Virus record (IMG/VR): IMGVR_UViG_3300005470_000003
Span: 1 to 54,194 of that record
Direction: 5' to 3' (one strand)
Length of the DNA stretch: 54,194 nucleotides
Source: a virus
Taxonomy: Duplodnaviria > Caudoviricetes
The position numbers were made by a program, and so were the translations under genes. The notes below the pieces were generated by a model that ran no database searches, was not told the origin of the DNA, and saw only the letters and a list, made by a program, of their open reading frames with translations. Numbering within the stretch: the first letter of the stretch is position 1; every line of letters begins with the position of its first letter. This document shows positions 1 to 8,992 of the stretch, one piece after another.

Positions 1-161
1 AGTCCCTGATAATAAAGTATAAATGACTGGCGGCGGCGTGGAGGAAAGTCATGAAAATAATCAAGATTGATTCATGCGTTGATTGTCCGTATAGAAGCGT
101 CTGGGACGGTAGTCTGTGACAACCCGCCGTGGACGGATTACGGGAAGATTGGAGGTAGGAA

Positions 162-305
162 ATGACCGAGCTTAAGCCATGCCCATTTTGCGGCAGTCAT
201 GATGTTGAACACTATATGACGGGAGATTGCGGGTTTCCGTTTAATTTCGTGCGCTGCCGAGATTGTTCAGCTGAAAGGAATAAGAAATGGAAACAACCCC
301 ATTAA
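162..305 (+). pseudogene. Truncated Lar-family (restriction alleviation) zinc-ribbon protein
   Basis: Own translation MTELKPCPFCG...RCRDC, with GGAGG RBS upstream. Lacks the usual AxxxWNxR C-terminus. Locally GC-rich. Confidence 0.5.
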
Positions 306-622
306 ACGATCTTGAAATGTTTGAACTTTTGCAAGCCGCATACCCTGAAAAATTCCCGAATGATGACAATGAAACTTGGGATGCTGCACAGGAATTTGCA
401 GATCAGATTGAAGGTTACGACATGATTGCCGATCTGCTTGGTCGTGTTGTCATGCTCACAATGCCGATAAAAAGTATGCTTACTGACAAATATCATCACT
501 GCCTTGGAAAAATAGAAATCAAAAACGGAAATGCACTTATGATATCGGCAGTTAAAAGGGAAAGTGTTAATGTGTATAATGTTGGTTTAGTCGGTAGAGC
601 TGTGTTTGACAAACCACAATAA
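287..622 (+). CDS. Hypothetical phage protein
   Basis: 111 aa ORF with AAGGA RBS, on the coding strand. Confidence 0.6.
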   Translation: METTPLNDLEMFELLQAAYPEKFPNDDNETWDAAQEFADQIEGYDMIADLLGRVVMLTMPIKSMLTDKYHHCLGKIEIKNGNALMISAVKRESVNVYNVGLVGRAVFDKPQ

Positions 623-750
623 TGTGTTTCCAACAACATAATCATCATATATATCTTATTAAAAAATCTTTTCCCAACGGTATCTTCCAATTATATAATT
701 ATTTGGCACATATTTTGCATAATTATTTTGTAAATATAAACTCAAAAAGG
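601..750 (+). promoter_or_regulatory. Repeated sigma54-type promoter cassette, copy 1
   Basis: TGT-N10-ACA at 603-618 and 623-638. TGGCAC-ATATT-TTGCA at 704-719. Homologous to 4198-4343 and 9088-9233. Confidence 0.75.
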
Positions 751-761
751 AGATGTAAAAT

Positions 762-1040
762 ATGTATGAAACATTTAATGAGAAAACAGCATCAATAAAT
801 GATTGTATAATGTCAAAATTGGTTTCAACATTAAATGAGTTAGATGTAATAATAATGGTTGCTAATAGTAACAGTGACAGGATGATTGAATCTAAGTTTT
901 TTATGGACTTTCAAAATAGTTTATATGATGTAAAATTAAGATTAAATCAGTTATTGTCTGAAGTGTCAAAAGAAGAAATAGAAAATATCCCGATTCAATA
1001 TATTGATTTATTTCAAGATTTTAAGGATAAAAAATTTTAA
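762..1040 (+). CDS. Hypothetical protein, first gene after promoter cassette 1
   Basis: 92 aa ORF with AAGGAG RBS. Confidence 0.65.
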   Translation: MYETFNEKTASINDCIMSKLVSTLNELDVIIMVANSNSDRMIESKFFMDFQNSLYDVKLRLNQLLSEVSKEEIENIPIQYIDLFQDFKDKKF

Positions 1041-1097
1041 ATACTATATTAATTTTTTTATTATAGATATAATATCTGAAATACGTTTGGGGGTAAA

Positions 1098-1376
1098 ATG
1101 GTAAAACTTGAGGATTGGAGTGTGACAGCTATTGGCGGACCATATACGGCACCAGAACTTTGGAGGGAGGCTTTATATGGTAAAGTATATGGACATCCAA
1201 AATTTAATAATGGAGATAAAGTGCGTACTTCTCCTATTGAAAAAGTGGATGGTCGTATGATTACTACGGCTTCTGGAACCATTTACAAAATTGGTAAAAT
1301 AAGCCCAATATATCGTAAATGGTTACGAAAAAATAGACCAAATTGGAACTGGCGTAAACCCATAATAATGCTATAA
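1098..1376 (+). CDS. Hypothetical phage protein
   Basis: 92 aa with GGGG RBS. YGHPKF..G..VRTSPI motif recalled from small phage proteins. Confidence 0.7.
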   Translation: MVKLEDWSVTAIGGPYTAPELWREALYGKVYGHPKFNNGDKVRTSPIEKVDGRMITTASGTIYKIGKISPIYRKWLRKNRPNWNWRKPIIML

Positions 1377-1404
1377 TAATTAATTTTTAATAGGGGATTT
1401 AAAT

Positions 1405-1662
1405 ATGTATAACATATATCAATCGGGTCCAAGGAAAGGACAACCAAAGACTCTTACAGATAGGGTTGTCAGGTTTATTGTAGAAGGAATTGGATTTATT
1501 GAGGTTCCATCAAGATCACGGTATCGCCAATTTGAAAATTGTGATAAACTTTGGTTTGTTGGTAAAGCCGGTTCTGTTAGGTCTGGTAAATGTTCCAGTA
1601 AGTCTGTTTCTATTACTGCTGGTGTTAAAAAGAAGATGGAAGAATGGGAGAAAACTTTATAA
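1405..1662 (+). CDS. Hypothetical protein
   Basis: 85 aa ORF with AGGGG RBS. Confidence 0.6.
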   Translation: MYNIYQSGPRKGQPKTLTDRVVRFIVEGIGFIEVPSRSRYRQFENCDKLWFVGKAGSVRSGKCSSKSVSITAGVKKKMEEWEKTL

Positions 1663-1707
1663 TATGTGTTTTAGAATGATAAATAATGAGATCTGAGGGG
1701 ATTTAAA

Positions 1708-1917
1708 ATGAGTAGATTTCCTACTTTTGAAGAGCAATATAAGAAATTATCGCAAGAATATAGAGGATTGCGGAGAGAAGATTTGGAAAAAATGAATCCT
1801 TCTTATTCATGCGTACTATGTAAAGATTTCAAGAAATGCGGAGTTATTGGAAGGGCTTGTCCGGATGCTAGGAAGATGTCAGAAGATGAATTCTCACTCA
1901 TGTATAATTTCACATAA
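1708..1917 (+). CDS. Small Cys-rich hypothetical protein
   Basis: 69 aa with CxxC..C..C and GAGGGG RBS. Confidence 0.55.
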   Translation: MSRFPTFEEQYKKLSQEYRGLRREDLEKMNPSYSCVLCKDFKKCGVIGRACPDARKMSEDEFSLMYNFT

Positions 1918-1953
1918 AATCATTTGTAAAAAGTTAAGTATTAGGGGTATATA

Positions 1954-2973
1954 ATGTCACGAGTAGATCGATTGATAAAAATGGGATTAATAAATCCACC
2001 TAAATTTTTAAAGAATACTGTTCAATACGAAGTGGTTACAGGGTCGATAGCATATGGGGTTAGTTCAGATAATTCCGATATAGATCTTTATGGGTTTTGT
2101 ATACCTAGTAAAGAGGTTGTCTTTCCTCATCTAGTCGGAGTTATTCAAGGATTTGATATAGAGTATGAGAAATTTGATCAATTTCAACAGCACCATGTTC
2201 AGGACAAAGAAGCAAGAAAAGATTATGATATAACCATTTTTAATATTGTCAAATATTTTAGGCTTTGTGCTGATGGTAATCCCAATATGGTTGATAGTCT
2301 GTTTGTGCCTAGAAGGTGTGTGCTTCATTCTACACGTATCGGTGAAATGGTTCGTGAAAATAGAAGGTTATTCTTATCTAAGAAATGTTGGAGTAAATTG
2401 AAAGGGTATTCTTATTCTCAGTTGGCAAAGATGAACAGTAAGAATAATCTTGGTGTGAAACTTAGGGCCATGGAAGATAAATTTGGATTGGATCATATTT
2501 CAACATATGAAGATTATAATTACACAAATCCAGATGAAAATTTTATAAATTATAAAAAGTTATTGAAGGAATTGAGTGAAACTCAGAGTACTAGACACCA
2601 AAAGATTAGGGAAATCGGATATGACGTAAAGTTTGCCTATCATGTGGTTAGATTGCTTAATCAGGCTGAGCAGATCCTCACAGAACATGATTTAGATTTG
2701 GAAACGAATAGAGAACAGCTTAAATCAATTCGTAGGGGTGATTGGACTAAAGAGCAGATTCAACAATATTTTGATAATAAGGAAAAACAATTAGAAAAAG
2801 TTTATCTTGAAAGCACTTTGAGGTATAAACCTGCTGTAGATGAAATAAAGGAATTGTTGGTTAAGTGCCTTGAGGAATATTACGGTTCAATCGATGAAGC
2901 CTTGAAGTGTAATTCTAAAGGAACAAGTTTCTTGATCAAAGATATTGAGGAAGTTCTAGCAAGATATAGCTGA
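1954..2973 (+). CDS. DNA polymerase beta superfamily nucleotidyltransferase (RlaP/YcgL-like)
   Basis: GSIAYG...SDIDLYG catalytic motif, GNPN, and YDVKFAYHVVRLL helix typical of this family. Confidence 0.85.
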   Translation: MSRVDRLIKMGLINPPKFLKNTVQYEVVTGSIAYGVSSDNSDIDLYGFCIPSKEVVFPHLVGVIQGFDIEYEKFDQFQQHHVQDKEARKDYDITIFNIVKYFRLCADGNPNMVDSLFVPRRCVLHSTRIGEMVRENRRLFLSKKCWSKLKGYSYSQLAKMNSKNNLGVKLRAMEDKFGLDHISTYEDYNYTNPDENFINYKKLLKELSETQSTRHQKIREIGYDVKFAYHVVRLLNQAEQILTEHDLDLETNREQLKSIRRGDWTKEQIQQYFDNKEKQLEKVYLESTLRYKPAVDEIKELLVKCLEEYYGSIDEALKCNSKGTSFLIKDIEEVLARYS

Positions 2974-3101
2974 AATCTAATGTTTATAAGTAAATGGTAT
3001 GATTATTGTAAAAAAGATATGTTGTTGTGTGGTTATAATTACTAACATTAATTAACTTTTTAAATTTTGAATTCTTTTTTATAGATTTTTTAATAAAATA
3101 T

Positions 3102-3188
3102 CCCTGAGTAGCCGAATTGGTTTAGGCAGGAGACTTAAAATCTCCGATCATTATGATCATAAGGGTTCGAATCCCTTCTCAGGGACCA
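3102..3188 (+). tRNA. tRNA-Leu (anticodon UAA) with long variable arm and encoded CCA
   Basis: Acceptor stem CCCTGAG/CTCAGGG, anticodon arm GGAGA-CTTAAAA-TCTCC, variable stem GATCA/TGATC, T arm AAGGG-TTCGAAT-CCCTT, 3' ACCA. Confidence 0.95.
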
Positions 3189-3207
3189 ATAATTGGGGTG
3201 ACATATA

Positions 3208-3438
3208 ATGGCATTAAGAATTGCAGCGTATTGTTATAATTGTAAAAGATCATTCGTTGATTTAGTTAGTTCGGATCATGCTGGACGACATTTATGCCCG
3301 GAATGTAAAAAATTAGAAGAAGATGCGAATTATAAAGTATATTTTGATAAGTTGGATTCTTTAACAATTGAAGAACGTCTTAGGAAAGTTGAGGAATGGA
3401 TTTATAATTATAAACCACATAGTAATGTAAGATTTTAA
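3208..3438 (+). CDS. Zinc-ribbon hypothetical protein
   Basis: CYNC...CPEC in a 76 aa ORF. Confidence 0.65.
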   Translation: MALRIAAYCYNCKRSFVDLVSSDHAGRHLCPECKKLEEDANYKVYFDKLDSLTIEERLRKVEEWIYNYKPHSNVRF

Positions 3439-3479
3439 TATAAATTATTGTTTTAGACAATTATTAAAAGGAAAATTTT

Positions 3480-3692
3480 ATGAAAATTATTATTAGTGAT
3501 AATGATGTCGTTTTTGAACCTGAGTATGATATAGATTGGTTTAGGCTGGGGCAAATGTCGAAAAATGGTACAATCTCTGTTAAATTTAATAATGAAAGAT
3601 TAAGCCCCAAATTGGATAAACATGCTAGAATTAATAAAGATTTATTGGTCGAGTGTTTGGCAGAGGGTATATTTAATAAAGTTAAAGATTAA
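3480..3692 (+). CDS. Hypothetical protein
   Basis: 70 aa with AAGGA RBS. Confidence 0.55.
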   Translation: MKIIISDNDVVFEPEYDIDWFRLGQMSKNGTISVKFNNERLSPKLDKHARINKDLLVECLAEGIFNKVKD

Positions 3693-3841
3693 TGCTTGGA
3701 AATAATAAAATGATATATTTAATGATTGTGGTTTTATTTATTTTGGTGATTTTGATAATAAATTCATTTAAGGGAATTGTTATTAGGGAGGGTTTTAAAT
3801 CTAAATCTGATTAAATGTCTATTTTTATATTGTTATGTTAA

Positions 3842-3868
3842 AGTAAATATAAAAGAAAGATTGTGGGC
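3842..3868. repeat. Left arm of perfect 27-bp inverted repeat
   Basis: AGTAAATATAAAAGAAAGATTGTGGGC is the exact reverse complement of 4163-4189. Confidence 0.9.
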
Positions 3869-3889
3869 TGTATATTTTGGGGGCTTGTC

Positions 3890-4153
3890 ATGATTGATAG
3901 TACTAATATGTTTACAGTCAAGAAAATAATTTACGATGATGGTGAATTTGCAGTATCTAAAGGATTGTGGGATGGGCGCAGTAGGCGCATAGGTGTTCGT
4001 TGGTATGAGGAAGATGGTATGGGTTTCCCTCAGACATATGGAAAACCCCAATGGCTGGTGTTACCAGCTAAATTTACCCCGTTTATCAATAAAATGTATA
4101 AGGAATTCAAATTAAATAAACGTATGAATGAATTCCTGGAATCAATTAAATAA
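3890..4153 (+). CDS. Hypothetical protein enclosed by the 27-bp inverted repeats
   Basis: ATG at 3890 after GGGG. GxWDG..IGVRW..GFP..GKPQW motif. Confidence 0.7.
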   Translation: MIDSTNMFTVKKIIYDDGEFAVSKGLWDGRSRRIGVRWYEEDGMGFPQTYGKPQWLVLPAKFTPFINKMYKEFKLNKRMNEFLESIK

Positions 4154-4162
4154 TTTTGTCTG

Positions 4163-4189
4163 GCCCACAATCTTTCTTTTATATTTACT
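4163..4189. repeat. Right arm of perfect 27-bp inverted repeat
   Basis: GCCCACAATCTTTCTTTTATATTTACT. Confidence 0.9.
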
Positions 4190-4197
4190 CTTTAATA

Positions 4198-4343
4198 TGT
4201 TTGATAAACTACAATAATGTGTTTCTAACAACATAATTATTATATATTTTTAACAAAAGGATTCTTTTCTGACGGTATAATCCATTTATATAATTATTTG
4301 GCACGTATTTTGCATAATTATTTTGTAAATATAAATCCAAAAG
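4198..4343 (+). promoter_or_regulatory. Repeated sigma54-type promoter cassette, copy 2
   Basis: TGT-N10-ACA at 4198-4213 and 4218-4233. TGGCAC-GTATT-TTGCA at 4299-4314. Confidence 0.75.
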
Positions 4344-4404
4344 ACTGAGGAATTTAACACCTCATTAAATTGTTAATATATAAAAATTATCGAGGTTATT
4401 TATC

Positions 4405-4587
4405 ATGTCTAATACAGTTGAAAAATTGTCTAAATTTTATGAAGGTAAGGATGTATTGAAAGTTTATGATAACGGGAAGGCTGAAGAACTTGTAAAAATT
4501 TTAAAGAAAGATCATAAGAGTAAGAAAGGTGATTACATCATTGAGTTTGATGATCCAAGATATATTATTTCATATAAGCCAAAATAA
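4405..4587 (+). CDS. Small hypothetical protein, first gene after promoter cassette 2
   Basis: 60 aa with GAGG RBS. Confidence 0.6.
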   Translation: MSNTVEKLSKFYEGKDVLKVYDNGKAEELVKILKKDHKSKKGDYIIEFDDPRYIISYKPK

Positions 4588-4742
4588 TTCTAAAATTGGA
4601 TTAGATGGGTATTATTGTAAAATTATAAATAAGAAGAAAGGAGAAAAATTGATGAAGAAGATATTTTCGAAATTGGGTTGTGGTGGGTGTTTTGTGGTTC
4701 CTTTTAGTGGATGTGCAATCCTGTTGATTATGGGGTTTTATT

Positions 4743-4949
4743 TTGTTTATTAAATTAATTAAAGTTTGGCAGAGGTTTGGTTCCCCTACTTCAAAGGAAC
4801 TGAATCTCTGTCGATTTACGCCGTGTTGTTCAGAATACGCTATCGGGTGTTTTGAAAAATTCGGTGCAGTTAAAGGGTTATATTTATCTACAAAACGAAT
4901 TCTAAAGTGCAATCCTTTTTATTCAAAGGGCCATGATCCAGTTCCATAA
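4743..4949 (+). CDS. yidD: Membrane protein insertion efficiency factor YidD-like
   Basis: CRFTPxCSEYA...FG..KG....RILKCNPF..G.DPVP signature. Confidence 0.85.
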   Translation: MFIKLIKVWQRFGSPTSKELNLCRFTPCCSEYAIGCFEKFGAVKGLYLSTKRILKCNPFYSKGHDPVP

Positions 4950-4995
4950 TTTTAAATAATAATATAATTTTGTATTGCAAAATGGTTAAATCGAA

Positions 4996-5190
4996 ATGGA
5001 TGAAATTGCAGACATTATTTATGATAAAATAAAAAGTAAAAGAGAGCAATTACAAAATGCTAAAAATAATGATAATTTTGGCAAATGTATTTGGTTAGAA
5101 GGTCAAATTTTTGCACTAGAGAATATATATTTAGATTTAAGACATATTCAAGCAAAAGAAGGAGATGAGAATGACAGAAGCATACCATGA
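4996..5190 (+). CDS. Hypothetical protein
   Basis: 64 aa ORF overlapping the start of the next gene. Confidence 0.5.
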   Translation: MDEIADIIYDKIKSKREQLQNAKNNDNFGKCIWLEGQIFALENIYLDLRHIQAKEGDENDRSIP

Positions 5191-5902
5191 AGAAGAATAC
5201 AAAGGGATAAAAATTGAAATTCACCCTTATGATGATGCGGAGTCACCTAGAAATTGGGATAATTTTGGGGTTATGAAATGTTTTCACACTAAATATAATC
5301 TTGGAGATGAAAAACGGTATAATACAGCGATTGATGAATTGAAGGATATTCTGACCGATAATGGAATCGAAATTTCAGATGTTCTAGAGGATAAATTAGA
5401 ATATGAATTTTCCCACAATGAAGCGGTCGATTATCTGATGGGTAAACTAGAGGAAATAGCAGTGGTTTTACCGCTATATCTTTATGATCATAGTGGGATT
5501 ACCATGAATACCGGTGGGTTAACTTGCTCCTGGGATAGTGGGCAGGTTGGTTTTATTTACGCCACAAAAGAACAAATCAGAAAAGAGTTTAATGTTAGAC
5601 ATGTAACAAAAAAAGTGCGGGAAAAAGCAATCAAACTTTTGAATGGGGAAGTTAAAACCTACGATCAATATCTGACAGGGGATGTATTGGGGTATGTTGT
5701 AAAAGATCCTGAAGGTTATGGTGAAGATTCTTGTTGGGGATTCTACGGCTTTGACTACTGCTTAGAAGAAGCTAAGGCTATTGCAAAACATATGTACAAG
5801 GAAAAATTGAAAGCTAAATGTATGGAAATTATTGAATCAGGCAAAAGGTCTTTAAAAGCTATGGATATTGATATAATATTAACTCATCCGAAAGACTTGT
5901 AA
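5165..5902 (+). CDS. Conserved hypothetical protein of mobile elements
   Basis: SPRxWDN, PLYLYDHSGIT, WDSGQVGFIY, DSCWGFYG motifs. Confidence 0.75.
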   Translation: MRMTEAYHEEEYKGIKIEIHPYDDAESPRNWDNFGVMKCFHTKYNLGDEKRYNTAIDELKDILTDNGIEISDVLEDKLEYEFSHNEAVDYLMGKLEEIAVVLPLYLYDHSGITMNTGGLTCSWDSGQVGFIYATKEQIRKEFNVRHVTKKVREKAIKLLNGEVKTYDQYLTGDVLGYVVKDPEGYGEDSCWGFYGFDYCLEEAKAIAKHMYKEKLKAKCMEIIESGKRSLKAMDIDIILTHPKDL

Positions 5903-5910
5903 TATGGAAA
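5853..5910 (+). repeat. 58-bp perfect direct repeat, copy 1
   Basis: Identical to 6939-6996. Encodes KAMDIDIILTHPKDL-stop plus the next start codon. Confidence 0.9.
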
Positions 5911-6287
5911 TTAAAAAATCTGATGTAATAATGTGTGAATTTTATCCAAAATTTGAAGATGAAACCTATGTATGTTATGCTGGATCTGATATAAGTGGTG
6001 CTGATCTTATTGGAGCATGTACTGATATCTATTCGAAAACATGTCAATGGGCAAATCATGTTAGAAAAGACTTCTTGAACTATAAATCTGAACATGATAA
6101 AGGTGATGTTATTATGAAAGATTCTACTGATAGAACAATATATGAATATTGGGTAAATGATAAAGTTCCAAAATTAAAAAGTCTAATTGGTCTTTTTTTA
6201 TTGGATAATGCAAATCCAAATTTGTCAATTAAAGATGTTAGTCTTTTGATAGACGATATATATGATTTGATAATTGATGAACTATAA
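5904..6287 (+). CDS. Hypothetical protein
   Basis: 127 aa. N-terminus MEIKKSDVIMC resembles MEIEKADPIMC at 6818. Confidence 0.6.
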   Translation: MEIKKSDVIMCEFYPKFEDETYVCYAGSDISGADLIGACTDIYSKTCQWANHVRKDFLNYKSEHDKGDVIMKDSTDRTIYEYWVNDKVPKLKSLIGLFLLDNANPNLSIKDVSLLIDDIYDLIIDEL

Positions 6288-6290
6288 TTA

Positions 6291-6500
6291 TTGTTTAAAT
6301 GGGTGACAAATATGTATAATAAAAATTATAAGATCGATTATGTTGGTGATGGAGTATATGCTTTGTTTGACGGTTATGGTATATGGTTACATACTGATCA
6401 TCATGAACATCCAAAAAATCAAATATATATAGAGCCGGGTGTTTTAAAATCCTTAAATAACTTTGCAAAACGTATGGAGATTGAAAGTGATTATAAATAA
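6291..6500 (+). CDS. Hypothetical protein
   Basis: DYVGDGVYA.FDG..IWL...IYIEP motif. Confidence 0.6.
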   Translation: MFKWVTNMYNKNYKIDYVGDGVYALFDGYGIWLHTDHHEHPKNQIYIEPGVLKSLNNFAKRMEIESDYK

Positions 6501-6684
6501 TATAATAAATACTTTTATTGGGAAAAATATAAAAAATTAAAAAGAGATGAGATCATAAAGGAAGGTGCAATGCAATCTTGGTGTCATGGAGAACTACAAC
6601 CAATTAGAAATACAACTATCGGTTCAAAACCTTCTGATTTTTCTGTTGAACGGGATTTTTATAATCCAATGGAGGATAGATAAA

Positions 6685-6801
6685 ATGAGATTCCAAGAAG
6701 CGGACTACGCATGGCACGTCCATTTCTACTATGGATACGACCGCTGTTGCTTTAAGTACCACAGTTCTTATTACGTTTGGTCGGTTCGCGGAGGGAGGTA
6801 G
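6685..6801 (+). pseudogene. Internally deleted DUF1566/CLec paralog retaining a DGR-like variable region
   Basis: RBS and start nearly identical to those of 10403 (GGAGGATAG.TAAAATGA.ATTCCAAGAA), fused directly to YAWHVHFYYGYD...YYVWSVRGG. Confidence 0.75.
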
Positions 6802-6802
6802 T

Positions 6803-6988
6803 ATGGTTTTAATAAATATGGAAATAGAAAAGGCTGATCCGATTATGTGTAGTGGGTATAAATCCATAGATAATTGCCATAATAAAGGAAAATATGATTC
6901 AAAAAGTATCAGTTGTAAAGAATGTACAGAGGATGCCATAAAAGCTATGGATATTGATATAATATTAACTCATCCGAAAGACTTGTAA
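6803..6988 (+). CDS. Small Cys-rich hypothetical protein
   Basis: GGAGGT RBS. Ends in the 58-bp repeat. Confidence 0.5.
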   Translation: MVLINMEIEKADPIMCSGYKSIDNCHNKGKYDSKSISCKECTEDAIKAMDIDIILTHPKDL

Positions 6989-6996
6989 TATGGAAA
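6939..6996 (+). repeat. 58-bp perfect direct repeat, copy 2
   Basis: Identical to 5853-5910. Confidence 0.9.
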
Positions 6997-7280
6997 AAAT
7001 TATTTGTAGAACAAATTTGGATTTATGGAATGAGGAATGGCCTACAGAACTTCCTAGAATTCCAATTGTTGGAGAAATAATTGAATCAAAAACTATACAT
7101 GGAGATTTTAGACTATCTTTGAAAGTTGTAGCAATTCGATGGAAATTTTTTAGTATATCTGGTAATGTCGGAGTTTATGTTCCAGAAATTGAGTTATATG
7201 ATTATAGACAAAGAAGCATTACGGAGTTTTATGAATGGTATGCTCCGTTAGTTGGAAAATCTGTCCAATATTTTATTTAG
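6990..7280 (+). CDS. Hypothetical protein
   Basis: 96 aa ORF. Confidence 0.6.
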   Translation: MEKIICRTNLDLWNEEWPTELPRIPIVGEIIESKTIHGDFRLSLKVVAIRWKFFSISGNVGVYVPEIELYDYRQRSITEFYEWYAPLVGKSVQYFI

Positions 7281-7302
7281 CGAAAGGATAGATGGGGATT
7301 AA

Positions 7303-7515
7303 ATGGATAATTCAAAAGAGGCACTAAAAAATTGGGTAAGTGAGGTATTAAGAGAAGCAATCAAAGAAAGAGGAATGTCTATCGCGAGAGCGATTGAGCT
7401 TAGATTAGCAGCTAATCGTATAATTTCCCAGGGAGGGTGGAGGGGAGATATCTCCATATGTTGGAGAGATGAGTGCAAGGTAACTCACGAAGAAGTTTCA
7501 GATCTTTATTTATAA
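7303..7515 (+). CDS. Hypothetical protein
   Basis: 70 aa with GGGG RBS. Confidence 0.55.
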   Translation: MDNSKEALKNWVSEVLREAIKERGMSIARAIELRLAANRIISQGGWRGDISICWRDECKVTHEEVSDLYL

Positions 7516-7526
7516 TGAGGTAAGAG

Positions 7527-7727
7527 ATGGGAAAAAAGTTTGAGGAATTATATTTAGTTAAATTCTCATATAAGAAATCAGATGGATTCTGGGAACAATC
7601 TAAAATTGAAGATGTATATGTGGAAGTAGAATACGGTATAAATGAAAAAAATAATCATAATAAAGCTAAGGAAATCATACAGAATAAATATAAAGGATGT
7701 AAAATTATTTCTGTTATATATGTGTAA
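7527..7727 (+). CDS. Hypothetical protein
   Basis: 66 aa with GAGG RBS. Confidence 0.55.
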   Translation: MGKKFEELYLVKFSYKKSDGFWEQSKIEDVYVEVEYGINEKNNHNKAKEIIQNKYKGCKIISVIYV

Positions 7728-7951
7728 TCATATAGTTGATAAATAATAGCATTGGGTAATAAATTAAATGAAAGCACAAATTAAACAAACAATTATATTG
7801 GAGATGACGACTGAACAAGCCGAATGGCTCCAGACATTAATGCAAAATCCACTATCAAACGATCCAGACCCCGAGAACGAGGATCCAATAAATAGTCAAA
7901 ATAGGGCAGATATATGGCATGCCCTAAATGAACTTGTGTAGGAGAAATAAA

Positions 7952-8060
7952 ATGAGATTTAAAGAGAAGGAAGACTATTTTTTAGATGTCAAGATTGGAT
8001 TGGAGTGGTCTAAAAAAGAATTTTGGATATACTTCCTGGGATACCGCCATGAAACAAGCG
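7952..8060 (+). pseudogene. Frameshifted N-terminal remnant of a DUF1566/CLec paralog
   Basis: MRFKEKEDYFLDVKIGLEWSK, frameshift in an A-run, then KNFGYTSWDTAMKQ. Matches MKFQERPDCYLDIKTGLEWSKENFGPMSWDEAMKQ at 10403. Confidence 0.75.
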
Positions 8061-8413
8061 GAGTTGTTTTCCTATAACCCAACGCTTCAACTTAATTGTT
8101 ATCTGATTGGAGAACATATGGATCTTATAGACAAGCGAATAATTGTAGAGGCACATAAAGACAGTTCCGGAAATTGGGTTAATTGGCATTTTCATTGCCC
8201 ATGTGAAACGGTTGATGAGCAGATTGAATGTCTATATTTTTTCCCTCTGCAAAAAGATCCGGGTACTTTTTTATGTGGCAATATGGATGGAGACATTTGC
8301 AGATGCAAATAACTCACCGCAACGGGGGGCGATTGGTACCCATTGGAAGACGCGTCTACAGAATGTGAACATTATATTGAGCCAAGCTTTTGTGGGTCTA
8401 GAGAGGGGAAGAT

Positions 8414-8785
8414 ATGATAGAGCTAAAATCATGCCCTTTTTGCGGCTTTTCAGCATTCATCGAAGAAACAGATCTAGAATGGAAAGACCAATTCCCATAT
8501 CGGATTCTGTGCGGTAACGAAGATTGTGCTGGCAGTCACTCATGGGCCAGCACTGAAGAAGAGGCCATCACTGCTTGGAACACCCGCGCCGACGGTTGGA
8601 TCAGCGTCGAGGATCGGTTGCCCAAATTGCCAACTCGTACTTATGATTGGTTTTTGGTAGTGGTATCAGATGGTTTAGAGTCAGATATTACAATCGCAAC
8701 TTATTCAACCGAAACATCATGGTCTAGAACCAACATCACCCACTGGAGGCCTCTACCAAAACCACCCGACACCGGAAAGGAGTAG
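8414..8785 (+). CDS. Lar-family zinc ribbon fused to DUF551-like domain
   Basis: LKSCPFCG...EEAITAWNTRA followed by WISVEDRLP...THWRPLPKPP. Confidence 0.8.
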   Translation: MIELKSCPFCGFSAFIEETDLEWKDQFPYRILCGNEDCAGSHSWASTEEEAITAWNTRADGWISVEDRLPKLPTRTYDWFLVVVSDGLESDITIATYSTETSWSRTNITHWRPLPKPPDTGKE

Positions 8786-8788
8786 GAT

Positions 8789-8992
8789 ATGAATGAACAG
8801 GAGTTTAAAAAAGCTGTGGAAGAAATAAAATGCTTGTGTTGTCTTTGCATAGATTTGAAAGCGTCTGTTCTGGAACATGGGGTGAAAGCTGTTGATGAGT
8901 ATGATGGCATGGTTTGTGGAGGAGTTGAAACCATAAAATGGTTAAGAGAGAAAGTGTTACATAAACCAGACACCAGGAATAAGACAACCTGA
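8789..8992 (+). CDS. Hypothetical protein
   Basis: 67 aa with AGGAG RBS. Confidence 0.5.
   Translation: MNEQEFKKAVEEIKCLCCLCIDLKASVLEHGVKAVDEYDGMVCGGVETIKWLREKVLHKPDTRNKTT

Noticed and set aside
6712-6727. Fourth sigma54 site (TGGCACG)
   Set aside because: It lacks the -12 TTGC element and lies inside the coding variable region.
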